A stretch of DNA of 64,000 nucleotides, taken from IMG/VR virus record IMGVR_UViG_3300030099_003199, positions 32,001 to 96,000 of that record; one strand, written 5' to 3'. The position numbers and the translations under genes were made by a program. Below, piece by piece: positions 46,861 to 61,800 of this stretch. The stretch is from a virus. Taxonomy: Duplodnaviria > Caudoviricetes. Numbering within the stretch: position 1 is the stretch's first letter; the number at the start of each line of letters is the position of its first letter. The notes beneath the pieces were generated by a model. That model was not told where the DNA came from. It saw only the letters and a program-made list of their open reading frames with translations, and did not search any database.

Positions 46861-49800
46861 TTATTTAAGATAACATTTTTTAAGGTTTTCTATATATTCA
46901 TTAGGATCTTTTGGATATGATAAATAAGCTTTCATTATTTCATCTTTAGATCCAAGTTTTTGTTGCTCTTCTGACGTTAAGCTATCATAAAAGGATTCTA
47001 CTAATGCATCATTGCTTAATTCTAATTCGTTTATAATATCATCTTGTGTAGATTGTATAGCCATTAAAACATCTGCTGGATTAACATCATCATCAGTTTC
47101 AATATCAACATCTTCTGGATCACCATAATCAATATCCTCTACATCATCCACTGGTTCTTCTACATCAATATCATCTAATAACTCTGCACCTTCCATATCA
47201 ATAGCAAAAGCATCTCTTTTATCTTCCTCAAATTTATTTATTTGTTGTTCAGATGGTCTATTACCAAATAAGAATCCAGTAGGATTTTGATCTTTAGATC
47301 CTTGAGGACCTTCTTCTATAATTGTGTATTCAGCATAATTACCTACAACTTGAGTTTGTCCTTCGTCTAATAATTGATTTAAATCAGAAGTTGATTGATA
47401 TTTACCATCTTGCTGATATTTATTTAAAACTAAAAGTACAGTTCTTCCATCTGATAATGTTTTTCTCATTACTAAAGGTAAATATAACTGAGTCTTTTTA
47501 ATAAATTGATTTGGCTTATTACCATATCTTATATTAACATATTCACTCGTAATTCCTTTTTGCCTCAGTTTATTTAAATTTTCTCTAAGAATAACTTTAA
47601 CATCATCACTATTTTGATTTTGACTAAATTGTCCTCTTGGTGTTTTAACTTTATTATTAAAGAAAGTTGGTAGTCCTGCATACATTGCTATAGTTGCAAT
47701 ACCTTTATCTAAGTCAATTACAAATGGTTCACTACTTGCATCAATTTGTTTTCTTTTATCAATTTGAATATTTGTTTTGTTTTTGTATATATTTTCTCCT
47801 TTGTTATTTTTAACAATTACAATTTGAGATTGTGCTTGTTTTAATCCTCTTATATATGCTGCTGATAGATCATCTTTCATATCTACTGTAGTAAAATCTG
47901 TAGCATCTGTTAAAATATCACCATAACTTGCTAATGAGTTTCCACCTATATTTTTATTTAATTCAGATTGAAAAGCATATTTAACAAGTAAAGTTAATAA
48001 AGATAAATTTTCTCTTCCTTTTGTTTCTCTAGTATATCCACCTATCTTACCTTCAGAAGCTTTTTTTCTATAATCTTTATCAGCAGCTTTATTAAATTTA
48101 CCTGTTTTATTAACCTGATAAGCATGATCAACACTAAAGTATTTTTTACCTTTATACATAAATGCTTTTGGTGCTGTCATTGATAAAGCAGATGACTCAG
48201 AATCATTATCAACTATTGTAGATCCTTTTGGTTCATATTCTAATATTGTAATTACATTAGGTCTAATTTCTGGCTCTATAATTTCTTCTGTTTTAATTTC
48301 AACAACAGGACTATTCTTTCCTGTTTTTTCATCTACATTTTTAACATGATATTGAGCTGATGTTGACTGGAGATAATTAAAAACTAAATAATTAGATAAC
48401 TCTTGTTTAGTTAATCCAAATACTCTATTAAATGCTGCATCTGTTTGTTTATTAGAATTAAATAAAGTTTGTACCGCATCTATTGAATTTAATATTTGTT
48501 TTTTAAGTTCTGCAGGAATTAAATCAATAAAAGTTCCACGGTTGTTTTTATTAAAACCATCTTTAACTAATAAATAATGTATTAAAGAAACAGAATCTAT
48601 ATGTGTGTTGGGATCACTATACAAATCTAAAAATGAATTTTGTATGTTTTGTATATCTGAATCACTTAACTTTGTAAAATTATTTGCTACAATTTTATCT
48701 ATACCAGTGTAATTGTCTTCATTTAATGCAGTTCTCAAATGTAAAAAATCATCTAAAAAATAATTGTATGATTTTTTGTTTGCTATTAATCTATTAAATA
48801 CTTCAGTTATGTGAAGATTTTGATTAATTGGATTACCATAATGATCACCATTATATATAAGAGCATTATTCAAGCTATCTTGTGTAGTTTGTTTACCTGA
48901 ACCCTCTTGTTCATTTTCAGAAACATTTTCAAATGAATTAATATATGCTAGTGTATTTAAGAAAGTAGTTATATTATTAACTAAAATTTCTTGATCTTTT
49001 TGTTCTCTCATGTTAACCATGTTAGACATCATAAGATCTTTTAAATATTTAAAATCTTTTGAAGATTCTAAGAATAACTTAGGAAATAAATAATCATATG
49101 ATTCTCTAAATATTGTATAATAATTTACATGTAAAGAAGGTTTAACATTATATTTAGACATAAACACAGGTCTAAAATCAAATGGAATTGTATTAGGATT
49201 TTTTGCACTACCAGCCCATTCTTTATCGCTCATTAAAAAACCTAAACTTTCAGCTGCTTCTTGTATTCTATCTGCATCTATTAAATCTTCACCAAATGTT
49301 TTTTGTAAATTTAATAAAGTAGTAACATTTCTTAACATTTCTTGCTGATCATATACAATTAAGAATTCTTTAATAGTAAGTAATTCTTCAGCTAAACCAA
49401 ATCTAACATCTTCAGTTACATCTTCTACATCTAATGTAGATATATCATATAATTCATATGGATTATTTGCTTTTTCTTCTAATAAAGTTCTTGTTATTGC
49501 TACTTTAGGTATTTTAATATTATTGTTTTTCATAAATTCAATAATACTTATAGCTTTTCTTTCTAATAGTTTTCTAATACCTGGATCAGTAGGATCTTCT
49601 TTATTTATAGCTTTAAAGAAATTATCTCTAATAACCGGTTGATTCATTAACAAAATAGAAGTTTTAATATCAACTCCCATACCAGTCATCATAGTTACCA
49701 TTGCAAGAGCAGTTTTATTTAAACCAAGTTTATCAGCTAATCTTTCCTTAGCATTATCTGTCATTGCAGTAATTAAAGCAGAAATAACATATTGAGTTCT

Positions 49801-52800
49801 GTAACCTTGATTATCTTGTTTACCTGTTTCAGGATCAATTGTATAATCAACAAAATCTCTATATTGAATACCATCAATAGTTAAAGCAGGAATTATATCT
49901 CTTCCGTTTTTATCTTTTAATGTTCTTACAGATACTCCAAATTCTTTAGCTATATTAATAACTAAGTTTGGTGATACTGATGAACCAATGTTTTTAGCAC
50001 CTTCTTTATTAGCTTTAAATACTAAAAGTTTTCCTCTAAGATTATCTATATCAATATCTTCTTCAGATACAATTTCAGCTAGCTGTGGTAAATTAGCTTT
50101 TATATAATCCCATACACCAGCATTTTCAGCTCCTAAAACTTCTGCAGCATTTGCATCAGTTAATGGTTTTAAGTTTGCAGGTTCTTGAGCTACTCCCAGT
50201 TCTCTACCATTTCTTGGTTTAATCATACCAGGATTACCTTGTAAAATAAATTTATAATCTAATATTTTATTGTCATTAGCGTCAGAATAAGGCTCTCTTC
50301 CTTTATATTTTTCTTTATATGCATTATACTGCTCTTCACTAACTGGTAAACCAATGTTTTCCATACCTATTCTAGCAATAATTTCAGATTCATTTAATAT
50401 ATTTATTTCTTCTGGTGTCATATTAGACCACTCATTTAAATTAAATTCTAAATCAGGATTAGAAGTTAAATATATATCAATAGATTCTCTAATTGGAGTA
50501 CCTTTTTGTTTAGCTTGATTAAGAGCCCATGTTAAATAATGATTGTATTTTTCTTTTTCTGTTTTTGCTTTACCAAATTCTACAAACTTTCCTTTGTCAA
50601 CAAAGAAAGATTTTATTTGCATATAAATTTTATCAATATCAAAGTCAGCTCCAGATAATTCAACTAACTCTCTAGCAAACATTGCAGATGATCCGTAGTA
50701 TACAGGTAAGAAATCTACAAATTTTATATTTACAGCAGAGTGTTTATCTTGAGATGGAATTCTAATACCATATGCCATTGCTAATACATCAGGAATAGCC
50801 GCATCTGCAGGTAAATTTTCTAATATAGATTTAAAATGAGGAGGCATGACAGATTCAGTATAAACTACTCCTGACTCAGAACCATCTTCATTATACATCA
50901 TAACATCAGATCTAAGTCTATCAAAAAAGTAATCTCCAACTTGCAACCCTTCAGGTAAACCACTTAAAGAACCAATATTAGATAACTTTGCTGCTGCACC
51001 TTGTGCTTCTAATTGCTCCCACTTTGCTTGTCTTATTACTTCCCACTCTAATGGTACACCGTTTTCATCTACTCTTTTGACTCTTTTTGGAAATAACATA
51101 CCATCATCAGAAACAAGAGCAGCACTTATACCAGGTTGTCTAGCAGAAATAGTTCCTTTTCCTAAGAATGTAAAGAATAGTTGTTGGAATTTTTTTCTTG
51201 TTAGTTGGTTATTTAAATTAAATTTAGGTTCACCTGTACCATCTTCATTCATTTCAAAGTATGATAGCATATCACTTTTAGCTTGTGAAGATGTTAATCC
51301 TGCTATAGCAAACTTTAAAAATGCATTTAAGTTAATATTTATTTTTTGTGCTGTTTGTGGGTTTAAGAAATCATTTAATATTTCATCAAAATTAAATACT
51401 AAATTTCTTTTTGCAAACCAGTTAACTGCTAGTTTATTATTTTGAGCTTGATGATATAAATTAATAATATCACCTACTGAAAACTCAACACCATCCCAAA
51501 TTACTTTAGAATTTAAATCTTGCTCAGATGTAATTAGATTTTTTATTTGACGTGGATCAACAATTTCTACCTTATTAGAAGGAACAACCATTTGCTTACG
51601 CATATATCTAGCATTAAGCTTTGTTATATTATCTTCACTAATACTAGAATTATTAAAAGTTTCAGTGTTACCTAACATGTTAGACTTCATCATCTTAGAT
51701 GCAGAAGCAGGAACTGCAATTGCAATAGCATTATTATCTTGTTCCCATTTTTCTAACTTAACTCTTAAATTATGTAATTTTTCTCTTCCAGGAATAGGAA
51801 TAGTAAAGTTTCCGTTTTCATCCATTCTAGAAGTAAGTAATGGAGTTAAAACAAATGCAGACATTTTTAGATAAACTTTACCATCGCCATATACAAGCTT
51901 TTGTGAATTCATAATAGCATTCATTTGCTTATATGATTCAGCTGTTAATGTTCCAAAAAATTCTTCATTTATTTCTACTTCTTTACCTGCTTCAATTTTA
52001 TCTAACACAGCTGCAACTTGTGGTGTTAATTCTCCAAGACCATATAAGAAATGTCTATTTGCTTTTTGTGTAATTAACATTTGACCATCACCTCTTTCAC
52101 CAGGGTCTGAGTCTAATTGCTTATCTTCACTACGTATATTTTCAAACTCTTTTTCATATAAACTATCTTTATATAGAAGCATGTCTATATCTTCAGTAGT
52201 TTGTTCTATACCAAGTGCTGGATCTATAATATCAGAATACACATTAGAACCAGCTGCATTTTGCATTTTTGCACGTTTGATAGCATCAATTGCATTTTTT
52301 AATGATAAACGTTGATCTCCTAATAATGCATCATTAATTGAAATAGTATTTATATAATCATTTAAAAATATCTGAGTAAGATTATATCTTAAATCATCAA
52401 CCTTTAAATTATATAACTCCATCATTTCTCCTGTCAACTCTATATCTATATCGTTAATAATTGTACCACTTCCACTATCTTCAATTACACCTAATCCTTT
52501 TCTAATATCAGGTGATATTTTACCTATAGCTTTAAAATCACCTAATAATGCTACAAATTCATTTGCTTCATTAAACAATCTATTTTCTATAATTTTCTTA
52601 CCATCTATAGCTTTAAATGCTTCTGCAAATGATGCTCCATCATTTATTAATTGTTCAAATATTTCAGCAGGTGTAGAATCAACTTCAAGAATGTCTATAG
52701 TTTCTTGACCTGTTTTATCTGTTTGGATTTTTACATCTGATTTTTCTGAAACAGGATCTGTAAAATTAATTTTTACTAAAGAAACTTTACCTCTAAAAAA

Positions 52801-55800
52801 TTCAGCAACTTCAAAACCATAAGTATAATAAACTTGTTCTGCATCAGTACCTTTAAATAAAGTAAATGCATGTTGTTTTTTGTTTTGTTTTTCTTTAGTT
52901 ACATATGGACCTAGATCTTCAATTAATTTTTCTACTTGATCGCTTGATAAATTTTCAATATTAATCAATCCTTCATTTTTCATTAATAATGATGTAGGTT
53001 GTGATTCAACTACTGTCAAATCAATTAAACCTTCCGTACCTTCTGTTAAACCTACTTTATCTGTTTTATCTATATCTAATAAATGTACTGTTTGTTTACC
53101 AGAACGTATAGAATTTTGAGCATCTTGACCTATTCCAGGATTCTTATATGTTTTTACATTTCTTATTCTAGTTTTTAATGGTGATAATAATTTTTTACCA
53201 TTATGTGATAATTCAAATAATCTACCAGAATTAGTTCTTTGTCCCTTACTGTTTGTGTTACCTCCAATAATATCATCTTGTGTTTCAGTCTCTGGATCTA
53301 ATTCTTTTTGGATAGCCTTAACATCTCTTTTAATAATATTTTCAAATGCTTTATATGCTTGATCAGTCAGATTAACCGTTCCATCTGCATCAAACTCAAT
53401 CATTTTATGTATAGGAAGCATTGCAAAGTCACCTGTATTACTAGCTTCAATAACACGTATAAGATTAGGAGAAATAGCAAACTCAACTGTTTCTTTAGTT
53501 ACTGGATCAATATAACTACCTTTAAGTGATTTATCAGGATTTACTCTATTATATCCAGCAGTATAATTATTTACTAATGTTACAATAAATTGTTGAGGTG
53601 TAAAAGAACCATACTTTGTACCTTGTCTGTTTGCTTTATTATAGCCTTTGTTTTCTTTTACAATACCTTCTGCAGTTAAATTTGCTACACCAACTTTTTG
53701 ACCAGACATACGCATAACTTTGATCTGACCTTTTTCTTGCATTGATTTAAACTTTTCATCAGTTAACAAAAAGTTATCTTCTAAAAATGGATCTTCTGCA
53801 ATTCTATTTTCTACATAATTTTCTTCTGTAGTCATTCTTGCTAATTCAACAAGATGAAATGTAGGTCTTTGATGTCCATAAATTCTATTACCTTCTTCAT
53901 TTATAAATGTAGATGCACCAACTGTTTCATCAAAATAAGCATTGTTTAAAGATATTTTTCTTAATCTACCTTTAACACCACCTTCATAATATTGTTGAGT
54001 ATCATCTGTAGCTTCATCAACATCTTCACTATCTAATTCTTGATTATCTAAAAATAAATTTTCACCTGAGTTTAATGCTTGTACAATTTCAGATAATTCC
54101 TCTGCTGAAATAGGATCAGCAAATTGATTCATATCAAATAGTAATTTTTGTGACTCAGGAATTTCTATATTTAAATCAATTAATCTACTATAAAGACTAA
54201 ACAAAATATAGTTAGAATCAAACTTCATGCCTGTTGTATTAAAAATTAAATCAGATATTGCTATTGATTCATTTATAATATCCATTTTTTCAGGAATAGA
54301 TGGCATATTTAAAAATCCAGATAATCTATTTATAGCATTTCTTGCAGCTTTATTTTCTTTACTACCAACTATTCTTATTTCTGAATATTTTCTATTAAAA
54401 TTTTCTGCCCATTGAACTAAAGTATTATGAGCATCGTCTGCTTTATTAGCTTCAAATATTTGTACAACTCCTGTATTTTTATCAACTAATTGAATTAAAT
54501 AAGGAACGGTATAATTTTCAAACTGATTGTTAATCATGTTATACAATGTAGATCTTATACCTGTTTTACTTTCTAAACTTGGAAATGGTTGAGCTGGATC
54601 AAATAATGTTCCATCTTGAGCAGCTTCTAATAATCCTAGTTGTTTAAACATTTCTATAACAACTGCTCTTGTTTCTACATTGCTACCTTGTGACCATACC
54701 CAAAGTTTTTTCATTCTTTTTTTAGCACTTGGTTCATTAGCAACAGCTTTTAAAATTGAATCATATACTTTACTATAGTTAACACCAACTCTAATAGGTT
54801 CATTTTTATTTTCTCCTATAATCTTATTACCAAACATGTCTTGGTTATCAATACTAACCGTAGCAAATAACTCTCTAATTAATCTTGGTGCACTTTCAAA
54901 ACCACCAATCATTTCAGAAGTTTTGTCCCATTGATCAACTGTAATATCTCCTAGATCTGCTTCTTCTTGCTCTAATTCTTCTTGATTTAATAAAATAGAA
55001 TTACTTACTTCATCTAATCTTAGTCTAACAAGTTCTTTTAAATCATCCTTTTGAAGTTTTAATGAGTTATAATAATTTTGAAGTTTTAGCATATTATCTT
55101 TATACCACATAAAACCTTTGTCCTTATAGAACTGTCTTTCTGGGTTATAGTTTTCAATAATATCATTTAAAACACCATCTAGCATTTCAGCAGTATTAAC
55201 ATTGCCTTTTGCATTGTTTTTTCTCATAATAAACAAATTAGCCGCAGATGATGTAATAATATGCTGATCATCACTAGGCATAAAATTTGTTATAGTTTTA
55301 AATTGTTCACCAGTATTAGTTACTGTTTTAATTTTTTTAGTACCTAAAGTAAGAGACTTATATGCAACAGAAGGTGTAGAAGATGCAGCAGTGGTAAATC
55401 TATTTTCTTGCACTCCTGCACGTTTGTATTTACCATTGTTTATGTCTCTATATAATCTGTTAAGTTTGTATGTTGGGAAACCTAATAACTCTTTAATAAA
55501 ATCTAAAATCTTTTGGAATAAGCTTTTAGTTTCAGAGCTAGCATTTGTTTTTTGTTTCATTTTAAATGCCTCAAACTCATCTGCCATAAACTCTTCTAAA
55601 TATCTTTCTTCTAATTCTTTTCTAGATAGTTTAGCATATACACCATGTGATTTTCTAAATAATGCTAATTCATCAGTTAATGATTTACCTTCACGTCTTA
55701 GTTTTGCAAGAACATCTTTTTTTGCAGATTTTAAATATCTTTTTATTTCTGCTTCTGTTAAGAACATTCTAAATACAGCGTGAAATGCTTCATGATATTT

Positions 55801-58800
55801 AAAAGGATTATTAGTACCTACAGAAATTTCTCCAGATAAACCTAAATTATGAGTATGTATTAAAAATTGACCAGCAATCATTTGACCATTGATCATGTTG
55901 TTTTGAAGATTATCAACTGATAAACTTATAACATCAGTATTTATGTTGTCACGAACCCAATCAGTAAAAGTATTAATGTCTTCAATGTCATAGCCATCAA
56001 AATTTTCTGTAATTTTAAAAGCTTTACCTTCTGCATCTTCTTGTATTCTTTTTAATGTAACATAACCTGAATGTAAAGGATTGTTAGGATTTGTTTCAAT
56101 ATCCTTCATTTCAGCATTTACAATATCAATAATATCTGAATCATTTAATTCAGGCTGACTTGTTTTTATTTGTTGATACCTTGATTCATAATATCTATTA
56201 ATAAATGTTTTTAAATCTTCTTCAGCTTTAAAACTAATTCCTTGATAGTTTTGATCTAAAAGAACTTCTGCATTACTTATATCAGTAGTATTTTCACTTT
56301 GTACCTGTATTGATAAACCAGCTATCATTTCTGCAGGTGTATTATCTAAAATAGATTGTTCAAAGTCTGTTAAGTCTTTGCCTTCTTGTGATTTTCTTAC
56401 AATTTCTAAAAGATAAGCTGGGTCAACATTTTCATAATCATTTAATATTATATCTTCTTTTTCTTCAGCAGTTGGTTCTACTACAGGTGTAGAATCATCT
56501 ATTGTTTCAGTTGACTCAGGTATATTAGTATTAAAAGCATTTCTTAATAGTTGATCAATACTAATAACATTTGGATTTACTCTTAGTTGTAATTTAAAAT
56601 TATTTTTTATTTCTGGAGTAAACTGAGTTTCTAATGTACCAAAGATAGCAATATCTGTTTCACCTTTTTGTATAGATGTTTTAATAGAATCTAGTTTAAA
56701 TCCTTTTGGATATACAGGTTGTATAAAAGCATTTAATTTATTTATTACTTCTTGAACATCTTTAAATGCCATTAACTCTTCATTAGAGATAAAACCTTGC
56801 GCTGTTCTTTTCTTACTATTTTTAGTTTCATTCATGTTAGTATATTTAACACGTAATGATCCATCATTAGCAAGAGTTAATTCAACATATATGCCTGGTT
56901 CAGCAGCTAAATATATTTCATTTTGTATTTTTTCATTTATAGCTTTAGCTGCAGTTTTACTTTTAACTGTGCCATCTGCGTTTACATTATTATCTAAAAG
57001 ATCAGAAGCTTTTTCTTGAATCTCTGTTAATAATGCATTAAAGTTTTCTGGACTATATACTGGAGCTGTTAAACCTACAAAAGCACTTTTACCATTAGGA
57101 AGTTTTACATAAGCAATATACTTACCCATTCTGTTAAGAACATCATAATTCTCTTCCATAGCATCAACTTCAGCCATCATAGCATTAAAGAATTTTGATG
57201 ACTGATCAATGTTAGTAACAGGCACACCTTGAACTTTCATTTTTTCTTTCTTGTTCTTAGGTCTAGTGTACCTTCTACTATAATCCATTATAAAGAAAGG
57301 CTTTTCACCATCTACAGTAACTGAAGTATCATCTCCAACAAACATTGTATCAAGAGAATCAAATGTAATCAAAGGATTTGATTTACTTCTAGTTAATGAT
57401 CCTTCAGAAAGTGTTACCATTAATTCAGGAAAATCACTCAAGCTAACTTCTACTAAACTTTGAGTAGCTAATAAAGGTTTAAATATATCATAAATTTTGT
57501 AAGCTTCTGCATAACTTAATTGAACATAATTAAGAGCATCAGCAGTTGACATATTTTTTGGAATATCAAAATACTCAGCTAAATTATTTTCAGTTAATTG
57601 AAAAGGAGACATAGGATTACCTTGAGCATCAGCTAAAAGTAAAGTTTCAGGTCCTTGAAAATAACCATAACTACCATTGGCATCATATATTTCTACAGAT
57701 AATAGTTGAGCATTCTTTTTTATTTTTGGATTTTCATTTTGAGTACCAAATTGAAAAGCTTCTTTATCTTCAAATGGTATATCTATGTTTGATTGATTAG
57801 GTCCTAAAGATATACGTAACTTTAAACCACCTATTACATCTGAAGTAAGATTTCTAAAAAGATCTTGTTGTTTACTTACACCAGCTTCTATTTGTTCTGT
57901 TCTGTTAGTAATTGATCTATCATAAGTTGGATTAACTTTAGTTGCTTCTTCTATTTTTAATTTAGAAGTATTTTTTACATAGTTAACATCTTTGTTTGAT
58001 GCTATTTCATAATCATTTGCTTGTTCAACAGTTAAGTATATGTTGTTATTACTATCTTTACTAGATTGTTTTGATAACTCTCTGATATATAAGTTACCTT
58101 TGTTAGCAACCATAGTATCAGTAGATTTTACTACATATAAAATATTATCTTTAATTAATAATGTACCTTTAGCTAATTTTGGATTATCTATACCATCAAA
58201 CTTTCCATAAGTAAATTCATTTGGTTTTTTCTTCTTCTTTTCATTAACTTTTTTCTTTTTTGTTTCAACAGCTTCTTTCTTTGTAAGAAATGCTTCATTA
58301 TCTATACGGTTACCTTTTTCATCAGTATGATAATATATTTTTACTTTTTTACCTGTTTCTTTATCAATTACATTTTCATTTGCAACTTTAATAGTTGAGC
58401 TTTTAGTTTCTGGTAATAAACTATAAAGAGATACATTTCTAAATGTAAGAATATCTTGAATTTTTTCATTATCAGCTTGAGTACCTAACCATGTATAAAA
58501 AGAACCTAGTTTTGGATTTTTAAGAAGTAATGGAGAATATACTTGTTGATATATATCTTCAATAGCAGCAGCTTGTAATCTATCTGGTTTAGATAATTTA
58601 CTTTTAACCCAATCAGAAAACTCTAAATATTTTTTATTATTTGCTGATTGTGTTTCTACATATTTAATCCATTTACCTTTTAAATATAAATCACCTTGAT
58701 TGCTTGGTATTTCTACATCAACTCCTTCTATATCTTCAGTATCTTCTTGAAGAAAGTTTTCTTCATAGTCAATATTATCTTCTATATCAGCACTATCTTC

Positions 58801-61800
58801 AGATTGAGCTGTTTCTTGTGGTGTTTCTTTTTTAGTTAAATTTTCTTGAGCAGATATAACATAATTAGCTTTTTCCCATTGTGCTGATTCTTCTGTTAAT
58901 AAACCTTCCTCTGTATAATACGTTTGAGGAATAGGACCATTGTTTTCTAAATATTGAATTAATTCAGCATGATCAGGATAAACACCCATACCAGATAATT
59001 CATTTAACCAAATATTAGTTTTAGTTACATCAAGGTATTTTCTTAATCTTGCTTCAACTTTGTTTTTATTATCAAGAAACATTCTTTTAAATCTTGGCTC
59101 AATTCTTTCTGCAAGTTTGTCAAGATTTTCTGGAGCTAAAATTGTTCTTACTGCTCTACTTAAAATTTGTTGTCTTTGTGTAAGACTTTTAGAATCTAAA
59201 ATTGCATCTACATATTGATCAATTTTATCTGATTGTATTGATTCACCTAATTGTTCAGCAAGAACATTTAAATATTCTTCAAGTACAGTTTTAAATTTAT
59301 CACGGTTAGCTATATCAAACTCACCAAGTGAATTCATTAAATTAGAATTAGAAAATGCATTAACAAGAACTTCTTTTATTTCTTGAGATTTATCTCTAAC
59401 TCCTGTGCTTAGAATATCTTCTCTTAATTTATCAATTAATTGTAATCTATTGTCACGTGATGCTTTTTCTTTTGCACGTTCAGTTAAGTCTTCTATTTTT
59501 TCTAATTCAGCATCTGAAAAAACTTCTCTTTCTTTTACATTGGCTGGATCAGTTAATACATTAAATATATTTTGTAATGCAATTAATTTTTTTGTTTTTT
59601 GTTCTAATGCAATTTGCTCATCTGCATTTAACTCAGGTTTTGCAGTAGTTTCTTTTATAGTGGTTTCACCTGTTTTTTCATCTACAACTTCTTCAGTAGT
59701 TGTTGTTTCTGCAGTAGCTAATTCTATTTCATCTTTTAATAAATTAATTTCAGATATTAATGCTTGTAAATCAGTAAGCACATCAATATCATTAGCTGCC
59801 ATTTTTTTAATAATAGGATCTGTACTTAGTTCAGAATACATTGATGCAATTCTAACTGTAGCATTTTCAAACTGTGATCTGGCAAACATTGCCATTTTTT
59901 TAGCATGATCAAAAGCTGAATACTTAATTGCTTCTTCATTATAATCTCTTGTACCTTTTTTAAATGTTGATGGGTCAAAAGGATTAATAATTTCTTCATT
60001 AAGCTTGTCATATGCTTTACGCATATCATCAGCTTTAGTAATCATATCTTGAATTCTTTCTCTTGTTTTACCTGATTTTATATCTTCTGTTGTTTGATCA
60101 GGCATAGCTTCAGCTAACATAGCATCATCTAACTTAAGCATATCTTCAAATAATGATGCAAAATCACTAAGTTTACCTAATTCAGCAGCAGTGTATAAAT
60201 GATTAAATACTAAAGCAGCTTTCTTATCCATAAATGATCTTATGTCTCCATCAAATGTAGAATCAAACATATCTTGGCTTGCTTCTTTTTGAAACATTGC
60301 ATTCATTTTGTTTGCATCAAAATACATCATAGGATCTGCATACATTTTGTTTAATGTATTTACAGCTTCTTTTATATAGGTTTCTTCATTTTCTTTTTGT
60401 TTTGCAAAATCTTCAGGAGATGAAAATTTATTATACAAATTAGGTAATCCGTTAAATACTAATTTTTGTGGTCCTTGAACTAAACCACCCATTAAAAATC
60501 CAGACATAAATACTTCAAACCCTTGACCACTCATTTGTGAACTTAAACCTGAATATATAGATGCCATTTGTGCATCAAGACCGCCCATTGCTGGATCATT
60601 GTAAAGATTTTTATAATAATCTTCTGCACCTACAGCAATAGCTTCTTGAGTTATTTCTTGAAAACCTTCAGCCAGATTAGCTGAAGAATATCTTAATAAG
60701 CTAGCACCTGCTTGAGATAGATTACCGTATATACCTCTTTCAAAAATTCTTTTAAATCTATTTTTGCTTAGTAATTTAAATGGTTCTTTTACAGCCCCTT
60801 CTGTTGTTTCTTTTGCAAGTCTTTTAGCAGACTTTCTCATTATTCTATTACCTAATGAACCAGCTGTTTTACCTAAAATGCTTGATACTCCTCTAAATCC
60901 TCTAAGAGCAGTACCTAATACAAATTGATTAGAAAAGAAAATAATAGGAAAGTTCCATGCTAATGTAGTAAATGCGGATTCAGCAGCTTTTTCATTTATT
61001 TTTTCTAATGCTTTACCAGTAGGTCTTTCTCCATATTTAGCTACATATTCATGATATAGATCATTATATAATTTATTTTGTACAAGACCTCCTTCTAATT
61101 TACTTTCTGCTATAGCTAAGTTAACTGATCTTGCATCTCTGTAAAAACCACCTGCTGTCTTAGCAGTTTTAGCCATTAATGATAAAGCCTTTGCACCTTC
61201 ACGTGCAGTTGAAATTTCTTTTATAGCTCTATATGTTTGAGGTGTAAATATATTTAAAGCCCATCTACCACCAGATCTCCAATAATCTCTTGCTGTATTA
61301 GCATCTTTTAATTTATCAAGTAACTTAGCTGTATTAGCAGTATTTTTTCCTACATCTAAAGCTCTATCTACTGTTTTACCTAATCTAACTATATTATAAG
61401 CAGTTCTAGAAGCAACAATAGGAGTAGCACCTCCAAGTGTTACAGCTTCAAGACCAGCAAGTGCAAGTTCTTCTACAGCAATATTTGCAAGAATACCAAA
61501 AGTATATCCTGAATTAAGCATAAGATTATTTGTAAATGCACCTACACCACTCTTAGAAGAGTTAGCAATTCTCATAGCATCTTCAAATACTTCAGCTCCA
61601 TCACGATCCCCTGTTAAATAATTACCAGCAAATGCATCACCTATAGCATCATAGGTACTCATAAACCCAGTACTAAATATTCTACCCCACTGTCCTCTCA
61701 TTCTAGCATTTTCATCCCACCATGTAGAATTTGCATTATATACAGTTTCATTATCTACATATGGATGAAAACCTATCTTATTAAATAAATGTTTAAAACC

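Noticed and set aside
52900-53130. ASCH-like insert in the RNAP (IRSGKQT)
   Set aside because: Only a short motif resemblance; too weak without a profile search.
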